Shown here: positions 52,370 through 64,000 of the stretch, one piece after another | Numbering within the stretch: position 1 is the first letter of the stretch | Layout of the letters: each line of letters opens with the position of its first letter | Assembly (NCBI RefSeq): GCF_002113885.1 | Contig: NW_018408800.1 | Coordinates: 262,907 to 326,906, forward strand | Reading direction: 5' to 3' | From: Mizuhopecten yessoensis | Lineage: Eukaryota | DNA length: 64,000 nt | Position numbers and translations under genes: made by a program | The notes under the pieces: model-generated | What the model was told of the DNA's origin: nothing | The model's database searches: none | The model's input: only the letters and a program-made list of their open reading frames with translations

Positions 52370-53690
52370 TCAAAGATGAGTGTCCAGCAAAGCTGTAGGA
52401 CTGTCAAGTGCTTGTTTTCTCTTTTTAATTGCTTCTTTAAGTTTTCTCTGAGGCCCAAGCCGAAGGCCTAACCTTGTGAAGTCCTCGTCAGTTAATAGCA
52501 TTAATGCCTCCAAGTCCGTGTCCTCGTTCGTAAAAATGTGCGTATAGTTACTGAGTCCACAAGATTCTAAGAACCGAACTAAGGGAGAAAACTCGGATTG
52601 GTCTTCGTCGTCATCACTGAGAATGTCGTCCTCGTCCTTCCAGGGTACCGGGCCTTGAAGACGTTCCTCTAAACTCGTTGTAGTACCGATACTGTCGGAC
52701 CCTGTGCTGTTCCGGTTACTTCCCTTTTCTGGGTTATCAATGTCGTCATCAATTTCATCCAGGTAGTCGTATGAAGACGCTTTTGAAAACCCGTTGAGGG
52801 TTCCAGTTAGACCTTGACGTGTGTGTAGAAACGACAACGTCCCCAGAGCGTTCTTAAACATTCCAGGAGTGTCAGCCTCGTCTTCGTTACCGTGTGTCGA
52901 ATCGATGGACCCGGTACCTGAGTCAAATAGATCAGACTCGCTTTTCCACTTGTTTTGTTTTGGAAGAGTAAACACATTTGTCAAAGCTGGCCTGCTTCCA
53001 GAGGCAGTTGTACTACTTTCGGAGTCTTTATTTGTGAGATACATAACATCCGAATTCTTTCGGAAGCCATTTGTACCTTTCATAGACCTCAGGGTTCTAT
53101 TCCCATCACCGTCAAACTCGCTAGTTTTAAAATCCATCACTGATTGCGTATCAAAACCATTCATTTGTTTTTGTAATATTTTCTTTTTCGTTCCTCTTGA
53201 CTTTGTCCCGATAGCTATGTCAGAAAATGTCTGCACACTTCTTTGACCATTTCCTGTGTAGTTCCGATTATTTGACTTGAACTTCATTGTCAAAGTCTTA
53301 AACACATTCATTTTTGTTGGAGGTCTGAAATCAGGATCGGTATGCTGTAATCGTTTTAAATCCTCCTTTTCAGCGATTTTCTGCGCTTCCTTGTTACGTT
53401 TTTCTTGCCGCTTTACGTTTCTGTCCGCGTCTTCGAAGGCTTTGGCGCTGAGTTTTTTGACAATGCTAGGATTAAGAGATTGTTGTTGGGCTTTAGCGTC
53501 GTCCAGTAACTTAACAATTTCCGTTTTGTCCCATAGAGCTGCTATGTCCTGAGCCGTCTTGTAGTCGTTGTCCATGGCCCATATGTTAGCGCCGTAGTTG
53601 ACGAGGAAGGAGGCAGCATTGATGTGACCACTCTTACATGCATGGTGAAGTGATGAATAGCCCATCAAATCCATCTTGTCGGGGTCACCC
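52370..53690 (-). CDS. USH1G: Usher syndrome type-1G protein (SANS)/ANKS4B homolog, large terminal coding exon; first exon not found in window
   Basis: Acceptor at 53691-92 immediately before GDPDK. Ankyrin repeats (SLHHACKSGHINAASFLVNYGANIWAMDNDYKTAQDIAA), QQSLNPSIVKKL, central motifs FKTSE..NSDVMYL, LGTLSF and DSIGTTTSL..VPW, SAM domain (SPLVRFLESCGL..DLEALMLLTDEDFTRLGLRLGPQRKL) and class-I PDZ ligand DTHL*. Probably co-orthologous to vertebrate USH1G and ANKS4B. Confidence 0.93.
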
Positions 53691-54920
53691 CTGCAACGAC
53701 ACAAGGTACGAATGGTGAATATGCATGTCTAAGTTATATTTGGGTTCCCAATAGTTGTATAGTATAAACATTCATTTTCTCCGTGCTCATATATTCATCA
53801 ATGGAAAATGCAAGCGAATAAAATATTGAAAGATTTGTACGAGATTCTTCATAGTACTTGTAAATACTTGAAGTAAGATGTATTCAGGGTTTTGGGTCTG
53901 AGATAACTATGAATTAAGAGAACTGAAAATGAATTGAGATAATGGATTTGATTGTTGATGTAAGTTTACTGGCCCGTCCATTTCTTTTGGTGTGTGTGTG
54001 TGGATTAAGACACACATGCGCCCTTACAAATAAGCACCGTTATTAGATAACAACGTATTCAGACAACCTGTTCAGTTATCGTTCAGAACGATGAAACAAA
54101 GTTTTTTTTATACATTGACTGATGCAACTTATCTCTTTATAAGGTAATAACGGGGCTCAAACTAGAACACAGCAACAGCTGTTATGTAACTTATCTTTTT
54201 AGTACGTAACGGTTTTGAAGGACGTGTAAGAGCAAGCCCAGCACATACACAGACATTATCATGTCACGTTCACATTGATACGGTAAAATTTCATTATTTA
54301 CGTAGAGGACAATGAAAACTTTAAAGATATGAGGACAAAACGACTCACACATGAAATAGTTTTTAATTGGATAACTTAAAAGTAATTTTTAATCTAGAAA
54401 AATCAAATAATTATTTCAAAACTATTCCGTTTTGTCTTTAACGTGTCAATTGTAATAACAGTACAAAGTGTAGGGATGTCTTGTGTTTGATGGGAAAAAA
54501 TCTTTAATTATGTAACGGAGTAAAGAGATAACACCTAGCAGACAAAATTTAAAACATGAACTCAACATACCTCACTTAATATACAAAACGCAGACAAGTA
54601 CATTTAATCTTAATGTGATTTCGAACTTACACTCAATCCACACATACTTACATCTAATCCATACATCCATTAACTTAATCTACAAATATACTTACACTTT
54701 ATATAAACATACGTACATTGTTATTCTTACATACACGTATGAAACTTATTCTACACACATACTGAACTCAATTTACACATATACTACTGTCATGATATCT
54801 ACAAACTTAAACTTAGTCTACAACGTAATTACAGACACATTTAATTTAATCTACATACATACTAACACATGCCACACAAAGATATTTACACTGATTTACT
54901 CACTTACATCCACGTAAATT

Positions 54921-55546
54921 ACACACATACTGAACTTAATCCACACATACTGAACTTAATCCACACATACTGAACTTAATCCACACATACTGAACTTAAT
55001 CCACACATACTGAACTTAATCCACACATACTGTACTTAATCCACACATACTGAACTTAATCCACACATACTGAACTTAATCCACACATACTGAACTTAAT
55101 CCACACATACTGAACTTAATCCACACATACTGAACTTAATCCACACATACTGAACTTAATCCACACATACTGAACTTAATCCACACATACTGAACTTAAT
55201 CCACACATACTGAACTTAATCCACACATACTGAACTTAATCCACACATACTGAACTTAATCCACACATACTGAACTTAATCCACACATACTGAACTTAAT
55301 CCACACATACTGAACTTAATCCACACATACTGAACTTAATCCACACATACTGAACTTAATCCACACATACTGAACTTAATCCACACATACTGAACTTAAT
55401 CCACACATACTGAACTTAATCCACACATACTGTACTTAATCCACACATACTGAACTTAATCCACACATACTGAACTTAATCCACACATACTGAACTTAAT
55501 CCACACATACTGAACTGCATCCACACATACTGAACTGCATCCACAC
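54921..55546 (+). repeat. 20-bp minisatellite, ~31 near-perfect copies
   Basis: Unit CCACACATACTGAACTTAAT, with degenerate related copies from ~54600. Confidence 0.97.
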
Positions 55547-57047
55547 CCAACTTAACTTACTATGCAAACAGTCCAAACGTTAATAGCACAGATACACATA
55601 TTCTATACATGTAAACACGTTATTTACACAAATAATTAAACGTTATTTACATTTGTAATTTCCAGTGATCCAGTAATCTATGTGAGTATAAGGATATTAT
55701 GACCATGAATTAACACCTTCTACTATATACACCCGGTAAACCCCCAATAAATCAGCGCCTGCAATTGGGTACTGGGGTTTATGTGCCTACTAGTATATAA
55801 AATACGATCTAGAGACCTGTTTTACAATCTGTACCGCGGTCCAATTAAAATCGCATCAATCGATTGCATGCAACCGCTGTATTGATTGCAAATATCGCTA
55901 TTCCACTTTTGGGTTTAACCACGGTATTTACTTAAAGAAGGTGAATTTCGTACCAGGATCCTACATTATAACTCATGTTTACAAAAGTAATTATTTTCCT
56001 CGTCCGATCTGTTTCCCCTCGTTTCCTTTATGTATATTGCTGAGGTACTTCCTACAAAGTTTTTTGGCTATATTAAAGAAACATGTGGTTTTTATATTAG
56101 AACACAATGTGCTAATATTTAGAGTAACGAATCATGTATAGTTTGATCCGACACGAAATTCCACTTAATGCTTCCAAAAAGTCAGAGGATCATCAAATAT
56201 TAAACAATATTATTATATAGCCAGCGAACGTTTCTATTGATTTTAGTTCTGTTTACTTGCCGTACAAGTTAAACCTTTCTCTCGGGTACCTTACGTCTTT
56301 ACCTGGAAAACTAATTAAGTCTCAGAAGGCAAACACCTGTTGTTTAATTTCCTATTTAATCGAAAGGAACATTATTCAAGCGTTGTGAAGGACTTTTACC
56401 GGTTACATGTTTTCTGTCTGAAAACTATTTTCATTTTTTTTGTTTGCATTGGTTTAGTCAATAAGCTTATGAAAATGTGTGGTAAAATATAACAATTTGA
56501 TCAATCTTGTTAAACATCGGTCGTAAAATAGCAGATAACCAATGAATAACAAATATTATTAAATCACCAATACATACCCTATCAATTTCCCATGCTAAAT
56601 ATTATTAAATATCTTGGCTTTTACCAAATGACCTGTACCTTAACATTATCCGTAATATTCTGGACAATACACAACCTGATAAGTTCACTAGGCTTGGTCA
56701 GTAGCAGTACTTGACCGCTAAAATGTGATGATAAAGAGAGAATTTCACAGCACGTAGTCGAACACAAAGCTATCTATGGTCCCTCTCAAGTGGGCAAATT
56801 CCCAAAGTTACCCCATTGTCCGGTATCAGTAGCATTTACGATTTGACAAATGAACTTATGACGTCAACTTGTGTTGCTGGGTGATGGCTGAGACTATTTC
56901 CTTTACAACTAGGGTATCAACATACCAGCAAATCGGTGAAAATATCGGAGGTCTTGTTTACAGTTAATCTCTTCAAATACGAAGGTTGAAATGCTCGTAG
57001 GAACACCAAGAAGATGAATACAAATAGGTGTCTTAGTTGGGACATTG

Positions 57048-57808
57048 TCCAGTTATATACCTTCATCATATTGTACAGTTATATACCTTCATCATATCGT
57101 ACAGTAATATACCTTCATCATATTGTACAATTATATACCTTCATCAAATCGTACAGTTATATACCTTCATCATATCGTACAGTTATATACCTTCATCATA
57201 TCGTACAGTTATATACCTTCATCATATTGTACAGTTATATACCTTCAGCATATCGTACAGTTACATACCTTCAGCATATCGTACAGTTATATACCTTCCT
57301 CATATCGTACAGTGATATACCTTCATCATATCGTACAGTTATATACCTTAATCATATTGTACAGTTATATACCTTCATCATATCGTACAGTTATATACCT
57401 TCATCATATCGTACAGTTATATACCTTCATCATATCGTACAGTTATATACCTTCATCATATTGTACAGTTATATACCTTCATCATATTGTACAGTTATAT
57501 ACCTTCCTCATATTGTACAGTTATATACCTTCATCAAATTGTACAGTTATATTATTCCTCATATCGTACAGTTATATACCTTCATCATATTGTACAATTA
57601 TATACCTTCATCATATCGTACAGTTATATACCTTCATCAAATCGTACAGTTATATACCTTCATCATATCGTACAGTTATATACCTTTATCATATTGTACA
57701 GTTATATACCTTCCTCATATTGTACAGTTATATACCTTCATCATATTGTACAGTTATATACCTTCATCATATTGTACAGTTATATACCTTCATCATATTG
57801 TACAGTTA
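57048..57808 (+). repeat. 26-bp minisatellite, ~29 copies
   Basis: Unit GTACAGTTATATACCTTCATCATAT(C/T). Confidence 0.97.
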
Positions 57809-58338
57809 TGTCTTTTTCACAGGTTTCGTTATCCAAACTACTAGTGTTTTGTATTTGTATAACATCGTAGTGCGTAAATGTTCATTGCCTGCAGGAGTAA
57901 ACGGTCAAACATTGTGTCATCGATAAGCAGTCCATTGGTTGAAGGTCAAACGATCGTGCTTTATTTATCGCTCGAAAAGAAATATGTACATGTACCAAAT
58001 TTAAGGAAATATTGTTTTCTCAAAGTGAATTCTGTGTTTTTTCTATTCCCTATTATTTTGTATTTGGACACAAATATGTATCATGTTTATATTGGAATGA
58101 GAGAGGTTATGTAACACGTTGCACACTTTGCTGTTTCCTAAAAGTGTAAACTACACAGGAAAACAGATGAAATTCACAGCAGGCAATATTTTTATCTCAT
58201 TGCTTTGTTGACAGATCTGACACTGGAGGTTTTTTATCTCTGTTTATCACTTATCTGTAACTCTGCATGTGTCTAACACACTATATAGCTGCACAGGTTT
58301 GCATGCTATATCTTCCTTGGCAAGGTGTTATAAAGCCC

Positions 58339-58647
58339 GACAATGACATGTACGGTAATGTCAGACGGTCAGAGATAGGTGTACAGGTACCGGCCTGGAC
58401 GATCGTTAAATGTGGTAACGTACACTGACAATGACATCTACGGTAATGTCAGACGGTCAGAGATATGTTTACAGGTACCGGCCTGGACGATTGTTAAATG
58501 TGGTAACGTGCACATGCACGTAGACTGATATAGTACCCCTATCTAAAACCTTAGTTTGTGTCATATTGCTCAGTACAGTAAACATGTACGTAGACTGATA
58601 TAGTACCCCTACCTAAAACCTTAGTTTGTGTCATATTGCTCAGTACA
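58339..58647 (+). repeat. Two abutting tandem duplications (88-bp x2, then 70-bp x2)
   Basis: 58339 repeats at 58427; 58512 repeats at 58582. Confidence 0.85.
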
Positions 58648-61600
58648 CCTTTCAGCAGAAGATATAATGTGCATTTGTAAGCTTTGCAGGTTCGGGGAAA
58701 GAATACACCTGCTTTACCCAACTGATGCAGTAAGAGGCGACTAACATGGGGCACCTGATGACTCGGGTGCGTTCCTCTGTGTCTTTTGTAAAGAGAATCC
58801 TGAAGACACCTACACTTATCTACTGTCTCGATTGCAACATTTGGTATCTTTGTTTTCTTTTCTCAGTATCGTTATCTTTCTTTTTGGCGGTGTCTCCTTA
58901 TACATCCGTCTGTATTATGATCTTGGCTGTTGCGGGGACGTCAAAATCCAAACAATATAATGGCGCATGCGCTATCATAATGATGACGATCATTATGGAC
59001 ACATATTTGAGTAGCTCCGAATTTGCAAAAACATTCCCCTTCTCTTTAACACAATATTGAAACTTGTTAATGCAAGAAAGGGCGGGTTGGGTTATTCACA
59101 GATTTTTATGGCGCAATAACATTTTCTGTTAAATTCGGTTAATTGAAACCAAGTAATAATTGGTTGTCCCAGAGCAAGAAGGTAAGAATATGGAAGAGGA
59201 AGTTTGAAAACAAAATGTGTGTGGTTTTTTTTTTTACATATTACCGGCAAACATTAGAATGGGGTACGATGCTTTGCGGAATTGACAGAGATATTGGAAC
59301 CAGGCTACTGGAAATATGATGTTGTCGGCCGTTTTGTAACATTAACTGCTGCCCAACTGTAACCACTCCGTGTACTGTTTTTTCCGGGATACGAATACCT
59401 TGAACCGTTTGCAACAATATTTTGCTATTATGTCCGCGTTAAGGTTTGTTTCTAAAGCCGGGAAACGTTCCAAGCCTTTTTATTCTATACTTATAAGGGA
59501 GATCTTGGGAAACAATGGGCTTGTAGTTCGGCTAAACAACCGGGCGTTATCTCTTCACAGGTAAAACTACCTGGTAAAACATTGACGTAAGCTAGCTGGT
59601 TCAGGTGGAGATACAGACGGCCTTATCACAAAGGGAGGCAACTGGTGTGTAAACAAGGCCTACGTTACACCTCGTGTAAACAAATAATGACACCCTCAAT
59701 CTACCCACTTGACAGCCATTTGGTATTATCTCAAATCCTGTCCTTGTCTGACAAATCCATAAATATAATAAATATTTTCATTAATTTCTGACTGCCCACT
59801 GCGTTACTATCATATATTAATGTAACTTTGGAATAACACAGCAATTGGTAAATAAACACATGTCTTGCCGAATTTATTCGAGAAATATATATAACGTGAA
59901 CAGCAAATCGTTCAGCTCTTTGTGTTCCGCTGCAAATAATGAACACATCCTCATTATCGTATATATATAAATAGATAATAAAACTATAATCGTAAGTAAT
60001 AGATATAAATGCAAGATTGAGTGAATATTATGGTTTTGTTTTCAACTGAAAATGATTAGAATATTGATGTTTCTCTTTAAGCTTGAATGATTCTATATTT
60101 TTAAGATATAGACGATAGTGTATGGTTCTCTTCCTATTTCACAAGTTTGTGTCAGAACCATTTCTCATCACGAATATGAAGCACTTTTGAGAGTATAGAA
60201 GTAACCATAAGTTTTATAATCAATATGCAGAACAATCCTGATAGAGAATAATACGTGTGGCTTTCATAGAGGTTTAACACCGAGTAACTGCTAATGATAA
60301 TGGTAAACTAACTCGAGCTAATTTAAATAAATTAATAAATAAATGCTTTAAATTAGGTTTTCGATTGTTTTTTTTTTTATAAATTTTAGAATCAATAAAC
60401 AAGAGCTATAACAACAAAGTTAAAGTAATTGTGGAAGAAAGATATAATGTTTGTGAAAGGAGCGATAGGAACCTTTTAAACAAGTTGTACTTACAGAGAA
60501 GTGTTAGCCCTCTGAACATACGCTTCGTTTATCGAATCAGTTTAATTATGGGTTATTATAATTTTCTCTTCGACAGACCTCTGATAATTAAACGATGCCC
60601 GCCGATGTCTTTAACCGATAAAATCAAAGTTATCATGAATATGTAGGATAAATATAGACTGGTATTGTTAATTACATGTTGATATTGATTAAATGTTTGC
60701 ATTCTATGTTATTTCGGCAATTGTAACTTGTTCCCTCATATGCATTAAAATGTAACAACAAACATTTAATACATATATTCATACATTTATAAAGGATTCA
60801 CTTAAATTAGGCCCGTTTGATTTCAATTATTTCATATCAAATATCATCGATTACTTTGAATATTAATGTGTGCGTTCAGACCCGAATAAGGTGTAAAGCC
60901 AGCCCACAACATTTCCTTTCATATCATTTTTTTTTTTTTTTTGAATGATCCTTCAATTTCTCGTATACTTCTTATGTTCAAACTTATGTGACACTGGTTG
61001 AATTCAATTGAGAAAGAATGAAACACTAAACGTGTCATCTTCCCGACTGTCAATACACCTGGCGCATCATCACTACGTAGTATAATGTAGTGAATGGACA
61101 GTTCGCTAAACCAATCAATGATTTTCTATAATTAGTCACCACAATCTGTACGGAAGTAGATACTAGTTGACACTATCGATATGAATTCGAGGACGTTAAG
61201 GATAGGGCTGTCATTTCTAGGTAGACATTCCTTTACTAAATACTAGCTGATACTGGACTGATACCCACACCCACCAATCCGTGATACTCAGTCACATGTG
61301 TAACACGTGGTACACAGGATGTGTGAAAGTAAACTATATTCAAATAATTCCAATAACAGAATTTCGCTTTTTTTCGAAGTCGAATTATAAAGATGACAAA
61401 TCAATGTTAGATATATTAACTCCGATATATCGACTGCTTTGTCCATATGAAGCTCCAAATAGAATATATGGTTTATCTTAAAAGTCGAATGGTATACACA
61501 TGACCCTATTTCGAATGAACATGTGTTTAAAATATCGTTTGAAGAGTATAGAAAAAGTGTCTTATTGTTTCTTTTGTAATTCTAAAGAAAGTATACCACA

Positions 61601-61864
61601 TCACAATAGCACTTAACTTATGTAGCATTGATTTTAGAATTCAATACACATCACATTACTATGGAAGGTGATGGCAGAACAGTGTACAGCACTGCAATGT
61701 CGGATGCGTGATTGGTTAAATGACTTATTTTAAGACTATGAAGGCCCGAACATTACTATGAAAGGTGATGGTGGATTATAGTTTGATACATAAGATTGAT
61801 TGTGTATGTCGTGTTTTGGAAATTTTGGGCACATCACATCACATGTTGACGTAAAAGGTATTGG

Positions 61865-62035
61865 ATGAAAAAACACCCAAGAGAGAATACCGAAGTGTCA
61901 ATAAACAATTATTTGGACTCAAAATCGATAACTCTAGGGCAAAAAGTAGACACAGGACAAATTGACACGGAGAATCTTGTGAAAGAACAAGAAGGATAAT
62001 ACCACATGTTCCGGAAGGAAAAGCCTCTTCTGCTA
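61865..62035 (-). mobile_element. Uninterrupted copy of the same SINE-like dispersed repeat
   Basis: Reverse complement agcagaag..ccttccggaac..tttgccctagag..ttgacacttcggtattctct matches both flanks of the HINE at 10 kb. Confidence 0.5.
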
Positions 62036-62869
62036 CAATGCAATGTATTCTTTTGTTTTAGTAAAATAAAAAAAATATTAATATCCTAAGTTGGCAAAAA
62101 TAAATTTGGTCTAAGAAATCATTGTGTTTCAATAAACACTCTGTCGTGGGACTGATCAAGTCATGTCATAATGGTACTGGTCGTTTTGTGAGAAAGCATT
62201 ACTTCATAAAACATATATTTATGAAACATTTTTATCTAGATATATGAATTTTTGAAGTATTGATTATGATCGATATAGTATAATATATATATAGTGCGGA
62301 AATTATTTTTCGCTAATCAGTGTAAGAGAATCTTATGTATATGAATATGTGACGTGTCAGTGGTAAAGGTTACTGCGAGATATAACTTGGAGGAGTTATC
62401 CATGAGGTACATGTAAACTCGAGAGCATCGACGCATCGACTTTAGCGTTAAATGTTTATAATCATGGTATATATATATTTTATTTTTTTCATCTCTATTC
62501 CAAAAAACAATTTGGTAATGATGTGGAGCTGATTGTTGCAAAGTAATCCTGAGACTCCTAAAACTAGTTAAAGCAATATTTCAGCATGCAAGGATTGAAA
62601 TGCATACTCTGGGCATTTATACGTTAACCATGATGCAAGGTGATACATATTGGAGTAAATATTTTATAAATAACTCGAATTATTTCTGTCATGAAGGTTT
62701 CGAATATGAAAGTCCATCTTCTACTTATTATTAAAATTATTAAGAAGCTTTGCATCGGAAATACAGGCATAATTGGTGTTGAAAAAGTATTTAATAAGAT
62801 ATGAAAATTATCAAATATCTAACATGGAATAGAAATTACATTGACCACACATTATTTTTGGTTTGTTTA

Positions 62870-62938
62870 ACATGTTGTTACCTATAACATGTTGTTACCT
62901 TTAACCTGCTGTTACCTATAACATGTTGTTACCTATAA
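62870..62938 (+). repeat. 17-bp tandem repeat, ~4 copies
   Basis: Unit AACATGTTGTTACCTAT. Confidence 0.8.
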
Positions 62939-64000
62939 TATTATGGAAGTCGGACAAAACAAGGTTTGAGCTATGTAAATAAATGTGTTAAAAATGAGAC
63001 AGAATGAGTAGTGAATTTATATTAGCCATTTGAACCTGCTACTAAATTGTGATTCACCTATCAAGGTATTCAGTTCCATGTACCTGAACTGGCCTCAACA
63101 CATGTGAAGCATGTGGTCTGCAATAAAATTGTTCGTGGAAATATTGATTTTCAAATGACATGGTAAAAGTCTTATCTCTGGTGAACAGGCTGAATACACA
63201 CATCTGTTACCGTATTAACCCTGTCGAACAAGCATTTCTAAACACATAAACACGTCTATAAATAGGTATGTAAATGATAATGATGCTGTGCATAGGTACT
63301 ATTTAAATGAATCACAATTACATGTTTTAGCAAACACAAATGAATGATAAATCAATTGCTTGGTCTATATTTTCTGCAATGCTATAATATAACTATGAAA
63401 TATCTACTTTATCAGCCACGTGTACATGAGCGATGTTATCTTTTGATCAAAGGTGCCTATACAATACTTTTAGTTTAGTAACATATTTTATTGTCTTATT
63501 CTGCTTATAGGTTGTACAGAGATACAGAGCCTGCTTCAGATTTGATTTAGTTTTCGACGACCACTCAGACAATTGAGTATATAGCAGTATGCAGTATGTT
63601 TACGAGTCAGAAAACGAGTAAGAAATAGTGTCTCGGTAAATACAGGTAAAAACAGTGACAAAATCTCTCTTCTTTTGTTCAATGTTTCTTCATAAAAATA
63701 AGAATAAATAAACGAAATGTGTACCAGGTATATAAGATTTCATATTTTTTATAATTACATAATAAGAAGACATGATGAATTCTGGGTATTATACAAAATG
63801 TCATCGTGAAAAAATCTACTTTTATTTTGTGTTTATTACGAAACACCTTTACAGCATCTTGCCCAATACCAGCCAGGCGTGCTGGGACATTGAATCTACG
63901 GGAGGCTTTCTTTTATTGCACTGTACTGAACCAAGAACATTACTTAAACATCAAGTAGTGCTTTATTGATTGGAAACGATCATGCTATTACTTCACACAC

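Noticed and set aside
52821-53552. Plus-strand ORFs overlapping the SANS-like exon, and similar antisense ORFs over gene A/B exons
   Set aside because: Antisense shadows of real coding exons with no independent features.
57014-57926. 276-aa and 267-aa Tyr/Ile-rich ORFs
   Set aside because: Translations of a 26-bp minisatellite; the same peptide appears in all three frames.

Overview
AT-rich, intron-rich eukaryotic DNA. The repeat families suggest a mollusc, probably a bivalve (inference). Exons were reconstructed by hand from GT-AG sites and reading-frame phase, giving three minus-strand genes in a row. (1) The large last coding exon of a SANS/USH1G-ANKS4B-like scaffold (52370-53690); its first exon was not found in the window. 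(2) 'Gene B', a complete 26-exon otoancorin/stereocilin/mesothelin-family gene (48270->19581, ~1175 aa) with signal peptide, polybasic furin-type site and GPI-type tail. (3) 'Gene A', an exon-for-exon tandem paralog (12119->78) that runs off the left edge. The paralogs carry unrelated N-terminal coding repeats. A's Pro/Asn/Thr/Arg repeat is open. B's His/Pro/Ser/Lys repeat is broken by three TGA codons and a micro-inversion, but an in-phase acceptor just downstream could bypass it. Between B and A lie a second intact GPI-tail exon and a copy of B's 5' flank, possibly the remains of a collapsed third copy. Both start codons are preceded by the same hairpin with a compensatory base-pair change. 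The rest is introns with a Helentron-like element, SINEs, MITEs and minisatellites.
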